From an uncultured delta proteobacterium (lineage in GTDB: Bacteria; Desulfobacterota; Binatia; HRBIN30; BPIQ01): 64,000 nucleotides of DNA. The notes beneath the pieces were generated by a model. That model had not been told where the DNA came from. It did not search any database and saw only the letters and a program-made list of their open reading frames with translations. The stretch spans positions 32,001 through 96,000 of the forward strand of contig CAVXGR010000015.1 of assembly GCA_963761335.1 (NCBI GenBank). The letters run 5' to 3'. Shown here piece by piece: positions 1 through 10,066 of this stretch (its first letter is position 1; every line of letters begins with the position of its first letter). The translations under genes were made by a program, and so were the position numbers.

Positions 1-30
1 TTCGGAAGACGCCGGGATGGCGCTTCTACT
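1..30. repeat. Partial copy of GTAG...CTAC REP/REPIN-like palindrome (family also at 25307-25356 and 28250-28299)
   Basis: ttcggaagacgccgggatggcgcttctact closely matches 28271-28300 ttcggaaagcgccgggacggcgcttctact; truncated by the window edge. Confidence 0.75.
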
Positions 31-79
31 TCAATCACCTGGGTCAACACGGCCGCCGGCTGTGGTATCCCTGTGAGCT

Positions 80-2689
80 GTGGCGCGCACACCGGCAGAG
101 AGGATCCCGCGAACGCCGCTTCGCCGGCGGTGGGTTCCCATTGCTGCCCTCGCTCTGCTGGGGACTCTCGCTGCATTCTACACTGCGCTCCCCGCACTCA
201 GTGGGACCGATCTGGTTCGCGGCTGGATCGACGAGCTGCTCGACGCCAAGACGCCTCTGCGGATTCGCTTCGAGGCTCTCCGTCTCGGCTACGACCTGAA
301 GGTCGAGCTGCACTCGCTCTCCGTCTCCGTGCCCGGCGAGGCGCCCTTTCTGCGCGCCGCCGGCGCCCGGGTCGACGCGTTGCCCTGGAATCTCGCCCGC
401 GGGCTGCTTGGACACGTGGAGCTGGAGACTCCGACCGTCGACGCCGATCGCCTGACGGATGTGGTTCGCCAGCTGCGCGCACAGTCGGGGACGGCTCCGG
501 CAGAGCCGGGTCCTCAGCTCCCCGCGGACTCGCTCGAGTTTCACGGCGGCTACGTCCAGTACGGCGCCGGCGATCGCCGCGTCAGCATCGGACCATTGGA
601 CCTCTCGGTCGACACGCTGCGGACGGGCGACACGATCACCCTGGGGGGCAGATCCGCCGTCGCCGGAGGCGGAGGCGAGGTCAACTGGACCGCCGACCTC
701 GCCTCCGACCTGGGCTCGGTTCGCGGCCAGATGAATCTGCGCTTCGACGATCTGGCGCGTCTGCTAGGGGGCTTCACGCATTTCGATCTTCCCGAGCCCG
801 TCGCTCATTCCTCCGGAACTTCGACGCTGCGCTTCCACGGCAACCCGCGTGAGGAGGTCGCATTCGATCTGGATGCGAGCGCCGACCTGCCGCAGGCATC
901 AGCGCCCGTGGCTCTCCGTGGCCATGCCGACCTGCACGTCGACTCCCTCACGTCGTCTCTCGAGCTGACGGCGCAGCCGGTACTGACCGGAACGACCTGG
1001 GCGGCCGGCCAGGCGAGCCTTACCGGAACGGCTAGCTACGATGGGCAGGACGACGGCGGTCTGCGCCTGGAGGACGCCGTATTGACGGTCCGCGATGCGC
1101 ATGGCCAGACCGGCGACCTCGAGTGGAAGCTCTCCCAATTGGATCTGAGCGGCAGTCTCGCGGCGAGCCCATCCGCCGGCGAGCGCGCGGCGGCGAAGCT
1201 GGCTGCCATTGACCTCGAGTTTCACGATTCCGATTCGACCCGCGTCGGCCAGAAGCTCGAGCTGCGCGGCCCGATCGAGGCGGCGATCAGCTCCGCCGGC
1301 GAGGTCAGCGCCGACCTCGACCTGGGGGTTCCGGCCGGCGAGCTGCTCTGGGATCGATTCTATGCCGACCTCTCGCGCTACCGCCCGCACCTGCGCGCCA
1401 AGCTGCGGAAGACCGGAAGCCAGATCGACATCCAGACCGCGACGGCGAGCGCCGCCGAGATCGGCGCGGCGGAGATTCACGGTACCTACGATATCGCGTC
1501 CGCAGCCGACACTCTCGATATTCGACTCGACCTCGCCGGGCTCGGCGCCCTCTATCAGGTGGCGCTGCGCGACCCTCTGCAGGAGAGCTACCCACTGCTG
1601 GGCCGGCTCGAGATCGGGGGGCACGTGGGCGGGATGGTCGTGCATCAGCGCGACGCGGACGGGGCGCAGCGCATCAGCGGGACAATCACTCTCGATCAGG
1701 CGCACGCATCGGCCACCGATCCGCCGATGCGCGTCACCGGCCTGAAGCTCGATCTTCCGCTCGCCTTTGGCGGTGGAACGCTGAAGAGCGAGCCGCGTTC
1801 CGGGCTGCTCCGCATCGGCAGTCTCCGCCTCGGGGACGTTGCCACCACCGGACTCGCGGCCGACTTCACGGTGGGGCCGAACCGGATCTCCCTGTCACGG
1901 GCCGTGCGCATTCCGATCCTCGGCGGCACTGTGTCACTGACCTCTCTGGAGGCGACACAGCTCGCCAGCGCGGACCGCCAGGTCGTCCTCGCCCTCACTA
2001 TCGAAGACCTCGATCTCGGCCAGCTCTCTCTGGCCATGCACCTGCCGGTGCTGTCCGGCACGATCGCCGGCGCGATCCCACGGGTGACCGTCGCCGGCGG
2101 CGATGTGGGCAGCGAAGGCGAGGTCCACGTCGCCGTCTTCGGCGGTGCGGTGCAGCTGCACGATTTCCGTATCGAGAATCTGCTGTCGCCCGTGCCCGCG
2201 ATCCGGCTCGATCTGAGCTTCAGTGACATCTCGCTCGGCATGCTGACGCAGGCGGTCGAGGTGGGGCACATCTCCGGCGTCCTCCAGGGAGCAGTGCACG
2301 ACCTGGTGATCGCCGGCGGCCAGCCGGTGCAGCTCGAGGCCTCGGTGGAGACGGTCGAGAAGTCGGGCGTTCCGCAGCGCATCAGCATCACGGCGCTGCG
2401 GCAGCTGTCGACCGTGGCGGGAGCGGGCGATCCGCTGACCCAAGGGCTCCTGAGCTTTTTCGACGAGTACGGCTATGACAAGATGGGGCTCCGCTGCCGC
2501 TTGCGCAACGACCGCTTCATCCTGCAGGGCGTGAAGCAGGCGGACGGAGGAGATTATCTGGTCGTGGGAACGTTCTTGCCACCGCGGGTCGACGTGATCA
2601 GCCGGAACGAGGTCATCTCCTTCTCGGAGATGGTGCGGCGCATCGAGCGCGCCTTCGAGTCCGGGGGCGCCGAGACCCGGGTCGAATGA
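80..2689 (+). CDS. YdbH/AsmA-like intermembrane bridge (lipid transport) protein
   Basis: 869 aa; N-terminal TM anchor (WVPIAALALLGTLAAFY); long alternating hydrophobic beta-strand pattern; directly upstream of a YdbL-like gene. Confidence 0.65.
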   Translation: MARTPAERIPRTPLRRRWVPIAALALLGTLAAFYTALPALSGTDLVRGWIDELLDAKTPLRIRFEALRLGYDLKVELHSLSVSVPGEAPFLRAAGARVDALPWNLARGLLGHVELETPTVDADRLTDVVRQLRAQSGTAPAEPGPQLPADSLEFHGGYVQYGAGDRRVSIGPLDLSVDTLRTGDTITLGGRSAVAGGGGEVNWTADLASDLGSVRGQMNLRFDDLARLLGGFTHFDLPEPVAHSSGTSTLRFHGNPREEVAFDLDASADLPQASAPVALRGHADLHVDSLTSSLELTAQPVLTGTTWAAGQASLTGTASYDGQDDGGLRLEDAVLTVRDAHGQTGDLEWKLSQLDLSGSLAASPSAGERAAAKLAAIDLEFHDSDSTRVGQKLELRGPIEAAISSAGEVSADLDLGVPAGELLWDRFYADLSRYRPHLRAKLRKTGSQIDIQTATASAAEIGAAEIHGTYDIASAADTLDIRLDLAGLGALYQVALRDPLQESYPLLGRLEIGGHVGGMVVHQRDADGAQRISGTITLDQAHASATDPPMRVTGLKLDLPLAFGGGTLKSEPRSGLLRIGSLRLGDVATTGLAADFTVGPNRISLSRAVRIPILGGTVSLTSLEATQLASADRQVVLALTIEDLDLGQLSLAMHLPVLSGTIAGAIPRVTVAGGDVGSEGEVHVAVFGGAVQLHDFRIENLLSPVPAIRLDLSFSDISLGMLTQAVEVGHISGVLQGAVHDLVIAGGQPVQLEASVETVEKSGVPQRISITALRQLSTVAGAGDPLTQGLLSFFDEYGYDKMGLRCRLRNDRFILQGVKQADGGDYLVVGTFLPPRVDVISRNEVISFSEMVRRIERAFESGGAETRVE

Positions 2690-2718
2690 CGAGACATGAC
2701 GTTCAGAGGAGGATCCCG

Positions 2719-3300
2719 ATGAGCAGAAGCCGGCACCGAGCCATTCTCATTCTCGCCTTTGCCCTTCCGGCGTGCGTCACCGTCAACATTTACTTCCCGG
2801 CCCCCGAGGTGCGCCGCGCCGCCGAGCAGATCGTCGAGGAGACCTGGGGAGGAGCGGAGGTGAAGGTCACCACGCCCCAGCCCGGCGAGAGCGGTCCATC
2901 CTCCTGGCTCGATCGCTTCGGGCCCGCCAGCGCCTGGGCTCAGCAGCCCGACATCAACGTGTCGACCGCGGCGATTCGGGCGCTCAAGGAGTCGATGCGG
3001 AAGCGCGCCGAGGACCTCAAGCCGTACCTGCGAGCCGGCAACGTCGGCATCGGCAGCGACGGGATGCTCGTGGTCCGCAACACCAACGGCGTGGCACTGC
3101 GCCAGCAGGCGGACATTCGGCGGATGGTGGACGCGGAGAATCGCGACCGCATGAGCCTGTATGGCGAGATCGCCAAGGCGAACAACTTCGGCGAGAACCG
3201 CGTCAATGACATCAAGCGGATCTTCGCGGCGACCTGGATCGAAAAAGCTGAGCCCGGATGGCCGATACAGAAGCCGGACGGGAGCTGGACGAAGAAGTGA
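2719..3300 (+). CDS. YdbL/DUF1318-family lipoprotein with YnbE-like N-terminus
   Basis: RBS agaggagga before ATG 2719; lipobox LPAC; CVTVNIYFPA..V..AA..IV; C-terminal ENRDR..LY.EIA..N and GW.IQ..DGSW motifs. Confidence 0.75.
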   Translation: MSRSRHRAILILAFALPACVTVNIYFPAPEVRRAAEQIVEETWGGAEVKVTTPQPGESGPSSWLDRFGPASAWAQQPDINVSTAAIRALKESMRKRAEDLKPYLRAGNVGIGSDGMLVVRNTNGVALRQQADIRRMVDAENRDRMSLYGEIAKANNFGENRVNDIKRIFAATWIEKAEPGWPIQKPDGSWTKK

Positions 3301-3307
3301 AGAAGCT

Positions 3308-3338
3308 TCGCGGGGCCGCGTTCACCGCGGCCCCGCGA
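3308..3338. terminator. GC-rich hairpin between convergent genes
   Basis: 13-bp perfect stem tcgcggggccgcg / cgcggccccgcga with 5-nt loop; no U-tract. Confidence 0.55.
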
Positions 3339-3343
3339 TCAGG

Positions 3344-3466
3344 TCACTTGCCGTCCGAGCCCTGAGAGCTCGAGTCGGTGCTCTTGGTGCCATCGCAGGC
3401 GTGAGCCGGAGCGATGGCGCCGAGAACGGTCAGACAGAGGGCAACAGCCAACAGAAGCTTATTCAT
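3344..3466 (-). CDS. Small secreted peptide (40 aa)
   Basis: RBS gaggagg 4 nt before ATG; MNKLLLAVALCLTVLGAIAPAHA is a textbook Sec signal, followed by CDGTKSTDSSSQGSDGK. Confidence 0.7.
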   Translation of the reverse strand: MNKLLLAVALCLTVLGAIAPAHACDGTKSTDSSSQGSDGK

Positions 3467-3597
3467 AACGCCTCCTCGAGTGGTGTCTCCACACTGCCGG
3501 GGCGATGCGCGGCTTGCAAGCGGCTCCACCGAGGGGTGGTCGCCGGCGCTTCCGCGAGCACCGGTGCCTCTTCTAAGCGAGGGCCGTGCCTCTCCGG

Positions 3598-4584
3598 TCA
3601 CCCGAGGGCGCCGCCGCAGCTGGAGCCGGCGCCGGCGGTGCAGCCGAAGCAATGCGCGGCGGTGCGGATCTCGCGTGCCGCCAGGCTGTCGAGGTTCTCG
3701 ATGTCCCAGATCGTCAGGGCGTGGGCGGCGTCGTCGTTGCCGGGAATGGGCAACTCCAGCATCTGGTTGAAATCGCAGTCGTAGAGCGTGCCCGTCCAGC
3801 CTGCGCTCACCAGGCTGCGGCACATCAGCTCGTCGACCGTGTCGGGGTTGAAGTGATTCACCAGCAGGCTCATGTACTCCTCGTGCTTGCCCCAGCGGCG
3901 CAGCTGCTCGGCGAAGCGCTTGATCGGCATGTTGGTAATCGTGAAGAGGTGGTGGAACTCGATTCCGAAATGCCGCAGCTCGTCGCGGTAGCGCGCCTCC
4001 AGCTCTGCCTGGGGGGCGGGCAGAAACGCCCCGAGCGGGTTGTAGACGAGGTTCAGCACCAGCGGCGACCCGGGCTGGCCGTAGCCGATGGCGCCGAGCC
4101 GCCGCAGGGCCTCGATGCTCTGCGCGAAGACGCCGCGGCCGCGTTGCTGGTCGACGTTCTCCTCGGTGTAGCAGGGGAGCGAGCAGACCAGCTCGACGGC
4201 GTGCTCGCGATAGAGCCGGGGCAGATGCTCCATCCCGGCGACGAAGAGCACCGTCAGATTGCAGCGCACGATCACGCGCCGGCCGCTCCGCCGCGCCGCC
4301 TGCACGAGAAAGGCGAAGTGCGGGTTGAGCTCCGGCGCGCCGCCGGTGAGGTCGACCGTGTCGATGCCCGGGCTGCGCGCCAGCAGCTCGACGATGCGCC
4401 GGGCGGTATCCGCGGTCATGACCTCCTTGCGCTTCGGTCCCGCGTCGACGTGGCAGTGATGACAGGCCTGATTGCAGAGCTTGCCGACGTTCACCTGCAG
4501 GGTGCGCGGCGGGGCCGTGCGCCGCAGGGGCACCAGTCGGTGGCGGCGAAGCACGGCCTCGAAAGTGGGATGCCCCGTTTCCAT
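3598..4584 (-). CDS. arsS: ArsS-family radical SAM / Cys-rich (DUF3641) protein
   Basis: TLQVNVGKLCNQACHHCHVDAGP (CxxxCxxC); DLTGGAPELNP; YDCDFNQML; C-terminal HCFGCTAGAGSSCGG. Confidence 0.85.
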   Translation of the reverse strand: METGHPTFEAVLRRHRLVPLRRTAPPRTLQVNVGKLCNQACHHCHVDAGPKRKEVMTADTARRIVELLARSPGIDTVDLTGGAPELNPHFAFLVQAARRSGRRVIVRCNLTVLFVAGMEHLPRLYREHAVELVCSLPCYTEENVDQQRGRGVFAQSIEALRRLGAIGYGQPGSPLVLNLVYNPLGAFLPAPQAELEARYRDELRHFGIEFHHLFTITNMPIKRFAEQLRRWGKHEEYMSLLVNHFNPDTVDELMCRSLVSAGWTGTLYDCDFNQMLELPIPGNDDAAHALTIWDIENLDSLAAREIRTAAHCFGCTAGAGSSCGGALG

Positions 4585-4718
4585 ATCGCGCAGCGGATCA
4601 TCACGATACCACGTGCGACGCCCGAGACCATCACCGCCGGCGAGCCCGATGGACTGTAGGTCGCAGGAGTGGTATCGTCACGACGCCGCCTCGGGCTCAG
4701 GCCGGGCGAGGAGGATGA

Positions 4719-6433
4719 ATGAACTTCTCCATCAAGATCGACCCCGCCACCTGGCAGCGGTACATCTCGACGCCGCTGAAGGGAAAGGCTCTGCTCCTCG
4801 ACCCCTTCACGAACAAGGGCACCGCCTTCACCGCTCGCGAGCGAGATGAGCTCGATCTCCAGGGCCTCGTGCCACCGGCGATCTGCACCATGGAGCAGCA
4901 GCTCGAGCGAGTGTACGAGAGCTTCCTGGCCAAGCCGACGCCGCTCGAGAAGTTCATCTACCTGGCGAGCCTCCAGGACCGCAACGAGACGCTCTTCTTT
5001 CGCCTCGTGCACGAGCGCATCGACGACATGCTGCCGATCGTCTACACGCCGACGGTCGGGGAGGCCTGCCAGAGGTACTCCCACATCTATCGCCGCGGGC
5101 GCGGCCTGTACGTCAGCTACGAGCAGCGCGATCGCATCGACGAGGTGCTCTGCCAACTACCACACCAAGAACCCGTCGGTGATCGTCGCCACCGACGGCG
5201 AGCGCATTCTCGGCCTCGGCGACCAGGGCGTCGGCGGCATGGGCATCCCCATCGGCAAGCTCTGCCTCTACACCATCTGCGCCGGCGTCTCCCCGTACAG
5301 CACCCTGCCGATCATGCTCGACGTCGGCACCGACAACGAAGAGCGGCTGCGGGATCCGCTCTACCTCGGCCTGCGCCGCAAGCGGGTGCGAGGCGACGAC
5401 TACCAGGAGTTCATCGACCGCTTCGTCGCCGCCGTGCGGCGCGTGTGTCCCAATGCCCTGCTGCAGTGGGAGGACTTCCTCAAGGCCAACGCCATCGCGC
5501 AGCTGCACCGCTTCCGCGACCAGCTGCCGACGTTCAACGACGACATCCAGGGAACCGCCGCCGTCGTCCTCGCCGGGATCTACGGCGGCCTGCGGCTGAC
5601 CGGGCAGTCGTTGCGCGACCAGCGGCTTCTCTTTGCCGGGGCGGGAGCATCGGCGCAGGGGATCGCCTCGCTCTTTGTCTCGGCTCTGGTGGAGGACGGA
5701 GTGCCGGCTGGCGAGGCGCGGCGGCGGATCTGGACGGTGGATACCAAGGGCCTGGTGACCCGAGATCGCGCCGGGCTCGAGGACTTCAAGGCCATGTACG
5801 CGAGAGAGATGGAGGAGGTCGCCGCCTGGGACTGCGTGGATCGATCGCGGATCACCCTGGAGGAGGCGATTGCCGGTGCCCGGCCGACCATCCTGATCGG
5901 TGTGTCCGCCAACCCCGGCACCTTCACGGAGAGCGCCGTGAGGCTGATGGCCCGCGTCAACGATCGCCCGATGATTCTGCCGCTCTCCAACCCGACGTCG
6001 AGGAGCGAGTGCACGGCTGAGGACGCCATCCGCTGGTCCGACGGCCGCGCCATCGTCGCCACCGGCAGCCCGTTCGTGCCGGTGCGCTACGGCGCAGCGT
6101 ACCTACCGCATCGGCCAGTGCAACAACTCCTTCATCTTCCCGGGAGTCGGGCTCGGCGTCTGCCTGGCGCGCGCCCGGCGCGTGAGCGACGGGATGTTTC
6201 TCGACGCCGCCAAGGTGCTTGCCGGCGCGGTCACGCCGGAGGATCTCGAGGAGTCGGCGATCTATCCCCAGCTGTCGCGGATTCGCGAGTGCTCCCACGC
6301 AGTCGCCTGTGCCGTCATCCGCCGCGCCGTGGCCGAAGGGTATGCGGACGCGGCCATCCTGGTCGATCTGGAGGAGACCGTGCGGCGGGCGATGTGGTTT
6401 CCGGAGTACCTGCCGATCCGCTACGAGCCGTAG
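4719..6433 (+). pseudogene. maeA: NAD-dependent malic enzyme with two +1 frameshifts (probably sequencing artefacts)
   Basis: NKGTAFT..ER, DRNETLFF, TDGERILGLGDQG, QWEDF, FNDDIQGTA, LSNPTS and GQCNN lie in three frames; removing single bases near 5151 and 6095 gives one 570-aa ORF. Confidence 0.9.
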
Positions 6434-6561
6434 GGGAGAAGATTTCTCACGCCACGCCACGCCGCGACGACGCGAAGAAAGACCCGGACTTCTCGTGGGG
6501 CACCCGATGGGCCTTGCAGAGACCTCCGGTTCGGGAGAATCTCTGATCGAGGGAATGGCCG

Positions 6562-8456
6562 ATGGCAGAGTCGAAGATCGAGGCGCTTCTCCAGGAGCAA
6601 CAGGTGTTCACGCCACCGCCGGCCTTCGTGGCGCAGACCCTGATCCCCGACTGCGAGCAGCACTACGCCGAGAGCATGCGCGACGTTCCTGCGTACTGGG
6701 AGCGCGTGGCGCGCGAGCTTCGACTGGCTCGAGCCGTGGGGGAGGGTTCTGGAGGAGGATTACCCGCGCGCCCGCTGGTTCGTCGGGGCGAGGTGCAACA
6801 TCACCGCCAACTGCCTCGACCGCCATCTGCGCTCCGAGCGCAGGAACAAGGCGGCGCTCGTCTGGCTCGGCGAGGACGGTGCGGAGCGCATCTTCACCTT
6901 CGGCATGCTGCACCGCCAGGTGTGCAAGCTGGCCAGCGGCCTCAGAGGGCCTCGGCATCGGCAAGGGCGACCGCGTCGCCATCTACATGCCTCTCGTCCC
7001 CGAAGGCATCATGGCCATGCTCGCCTGCGCGCGCATCGGCGCCGTGCACAGCGTCATCTACGCCGGGCTCGGCGCCGGCGCGGTGCGCGACCGCATTCTG
7101 GATGCGCAGGCGAAGGCGGTGATCTGTACCGACGTGGGCTACCGCCGCGGCAAGGTGGTGCCTCTCAAGCCGATCGCCGACGAGGCGATTGCCGGCGTCC
7201 CGGGAATCGAGCACGTCGTCGTGCACCGTCGCCAGGGCGCGGAGACGCCGCTGCGGGACGGCGAGGTCGACTTCGGCGAGCTGCTCGAGCAGGGCTCCGC
7301 CGATTGCCCGGCGGAGAGCATGGACAGCGAGGACTGGCTCTTCATCCTCTACACCTCCGGGTCGACGGGGAAGCCGAAGGGCTGCGCCTTCGTGCACGGT
7401 GGCTACATGGTCGGCGCCACGCACCTGTGGACGCTTCTCTGCGACATTCACGACGACGACATCTACTGGTGCACCTCCGACATCGGCTGGATCGTCGGCC
7501 ACTCGATCATGGTGTACGGGCCGCTCTGCAACGGCACCACCATCGTCGTTCGCGAGGGCACCCCCGACTACCCGCACGCCGGCATCATCTGGGAGACCGT
7601 CGAGCGCTACGGCGTCACCAAGATGTTCACCGCGCCCACGGCGCTGCGCATGTTCATGCGCCTCGGCGAGGAGTGGCCGCGGCGGCACGACCTCTCCTCA
7701 TTGAAGCTGCTCGCCTGCGCCGGCGAGCCGCTCAACCCGGAGGCGCTGCGCTGGGCGCATGCCCACATCATGCAGGGCCGCGGCCCGGTGCTCGACAACT
7801 GGTGGCAGACGGAGACGGCGGCGCCGGTGATCGGCACCATGCCGTCGATGCCGGCCAAGGCGGGGAAGGCCGGGAAGCCGCTTCCCGGCTACCGGGTCGA
7901 GGTGCTCGCCGGCGATGGCAGCCCGATGCCGCCCAACACCGGCGGCCTGCTCTGCATGCGCGGCCCGGCGCCGCAGATGTTTCGCACCGTCTGGGGCGCG
8001 CCGGAGCGCTACGAGGAGTACTTCCGCCGCATCCCGGGGGTGTACGTCGCCGGCGACGTCGCCACCTACGACGAGGATGGCTACATCGCCGTTCTCGGCC
8101 GTGCCGATGACGTCCTCAACGTCGCCGGCCACCGCATCGGCACCGCCGACGTCGAGTCGGCGCTGGTCAGCCACCCCGCCGTCGGCGAGGCGGCGGTGAT
8201 CGGCAAGCCCGACGCGATCAAGGGAGAGTCGATCAAGGCCTTCGTCCTCCTGCGCGGCGGCCAGCAGCCCAGCGAGGCGCTGCGCGCCGAGCTGATCGAG
8301 CACGTGCGCAAGGTCCTCGGCCCCATCGCCACGCCGAGCGAGATCGAGTTCGCCATCAAGCTGCCGAAGACGCGCTCCGGAAAGATCATGCGGCGCGTGC
8401 TCAAGGCGCAGGAGCTGGGGCAGGATCCGGGGGACATCACGACGATCGAGGAGTGA
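6562..8456 (+). pseudogene. acs: Acetyl-CoA synthetase (AMP-forming) with two +1 frameshifts (probably sequencing artefacts)
   Basis: NITANCLDRH, YTSGSTGKPKG, DNWWQTET, GRADDV, LPKTRSGKIMRR; removing single bases near 6720 and 6944 gives one 630-aa ORF. Confidence 0.9.
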
Positions 8457-8712
8457 TGGGGGAGGGTGTTGAGGTGTTGGGTGTTGAGTGTTGGGTTATT
8501 CGGCTCCACCTCTGATGAGGGTAAGGCGACCGAGGAACCCGGTTCTCATTCTCATCCCCGGCTCTCATCCCGTCGTTTTCCATTCGCTCTGACAGTCGCA
8601 AATACTGACGCCAGCCTCGTCGGGCGAATGATGGTAGCGCGGGTTCAACCCCCGGTTCGCCGGCGCAATCATGCAGTGCTGGGAGGCCCCCGCGAATGCC
8701 GGGGGTCAACGA

Positions 8713-9013
8713 AGGCCGTCTCAAGTCCGCGCCCGCGCCCCTGTGGGGCGCGTATCGGGGAGGCCGACGCGCCGTTCCCCGGGTTGCACCCGGGGCTACA
8801 TGCCCGCGCCGCTCCGCGGCTCAATCCCCGACGCCTCCCCATCTTCCCGGTTGAACCGGGCTTTCCCGGGGATGCGCCCGCGGCCCTCGGGGTTTGGACG
8901 TCATTCGCCCCGGAGGGGCGCGGGCATGTAGCCCCGGGTCGAAGACCCGGGGGACCCCGAAGCCGGCCTGGGTTGCGCCCCGCAGGGGCGCGGGCGCGGT
9001 TTTGAGACAGCCT
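8713..9013. mobile_element. MITE-like 301-bp palindromic element
   Basis: 39-bp terminal inverted repeats (35/39 identical, starting aggc[c/t]gtctcaa); internal perfect 23-bp inverted repeat 8788-8810 / 8917-8939; no ORF with coding bias. Confidence 0.65.
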
Positions 9014-9101
9014 CTGAAACCCCCGGTTACCATCGGGGGCTGAACGGTTCGCTTGACACACCATCCGGCCCGCGCGACCCTCAACACCTCAACACCTCGC
9101 C

Positions 9102-9953
9102 ATGATCGAGGATCGACCGAGTCGGACTGCAGAGCGGGTGGCGATACGCCGCGCGCTCCACCAGCTACTGGACGAGCCGCGTGTCCACGATGATCCTCTG
9201 GCGTTGGCGATCCTGGGAGAGACACCTGCCGCGGAGCTGCGCGCCGATCCGCGGCGCTTCGAGGGCGGCCCCGTCGCCCGGGTGCTGCGCGCTTTTCTCG
9301 CCGTCCGCAGCCGCCTGGCGGAGGACGCGCTGGCGCGCGCGGTCGCCGGTGGAGTCCGGCAGTACGTGGTTCTCGGCGCCGGCCTGGACACCTTCGCCTA
9401 CCGGAACCCGCATCCCTCTCTGCGCGTCTTCGAGGTGGATCACCCGGCGACCCAGACCTGGAAGCGCCGCTGCCTGGCGGAGGCAGGCATAGCCGTTCCC
9501 GAGGGCGTGACCTTCGCGGCGGTCGACTTTGCGCGCGAATCCCTGCGGCCGGCCCTGATCGCCGCCGGGCTGCGCAGCGAGGAGCCGACCTTCTTCTCGT
9601 GGCTCGGCGTCACCCCGTACCTTGAGCCGGCGGACGTGATGAAGACCCTGCAGGCGATCGCGCCGTTCGCAGCCGGCGGTGGCGGCGTGGTCTTCGACTA
9701 CAACGTTCCGCCGTCGTCGCTATCGCCGCGGCGCCGGGCGGCGTTCGAGGCTCTGGCCGAGCGGGTCGCCGCCGCCGGGGAGCCCTTTCGCGCCTTCTTC
9801 GAGCCGGAGGCTTTGACTGCGGCGCTGCGTGACATCGGCTTCCGAAGCGTTCGCGACCTCGGCCCGGAGGAGTTGAATGCGGCCTTTCTCGCCGACCGTG
9901 CGGACGAGCTGCGCGTAGGTAGCGCCGGGCACGTCGTGACGGCATTGGCATGA
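9102..9953 (+). CDS. SAM-dependent methyltransferase, leucine carboxyl methyltransferase (LCM)-like family
   Basis: SRTA..VA..RA.H; QYVVLGAGLDTFAYR; VFEVDHPATQ.WK; WLGVTPYL. Confidence 0.9.
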   Translation: MIEDRPSRTAERVAIRRALHQLLDEPRVHDDPLALAILGETPAAELRADPRRFEGGPVARVLRAFLAVRSRLAEDALARAVAGGVRQYVVLGAGLDTFAYRNPHPSLRVFEVDHPATQTWKRRCLAEAGIAVPEGVTFAAVDFARESLRPALIAAGLRSEEPTFFSWLGVTPYLEPADVMKTLQAIAPFAAGGGGVVFDYNVPPSSLSPRRRAAFEALAERVAAAGEPFRAFFEPEALTAALRDIGFRSVRDLGPEELNAAFLADRADELRVGSAGHVVTALA

Positions 9954-10035
9954 GCACGACGCAGAAGCTTCGGATGTTCGACGCTGTCCGGGCCGCCTGG
10001 GGCGCGGCCGTCCCGCCGCATGTGGCTGTCAGAAA

Positions 10036-10065
10036 GTAGAGGCGGCCAAGATGGCCGCCTCCCAC
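10036..10065. repeat. REP-like hairpin between convergent genes
   Basis: gtag-aggcggcc-aagat-ggccgcct-cccac (GTAG/GTGG ends plus GC stem). Confidence 0.5.
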
Positions 10066-10066
10066 C

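Noticed and set aside
3598..3660. Possible selenocysteine recoding in the ArsS C-terminal motif
   Set aside because: All motif positions are Cys codons, and the TGA follows the complete GGALG end
8510..8552. ctgatgag followed by a short stem, resembling a hammerhead ribozyme core
   Set aside because: The stem is followed by GAGG rather than the required GAAA, and I could not build stems I and III
8466..9225. ORFs of 86-179 aa across the repeat region
   Set aside because: Pro/Arg/Gly-rich translations of palindromic repeats, with no coding bias or motifs
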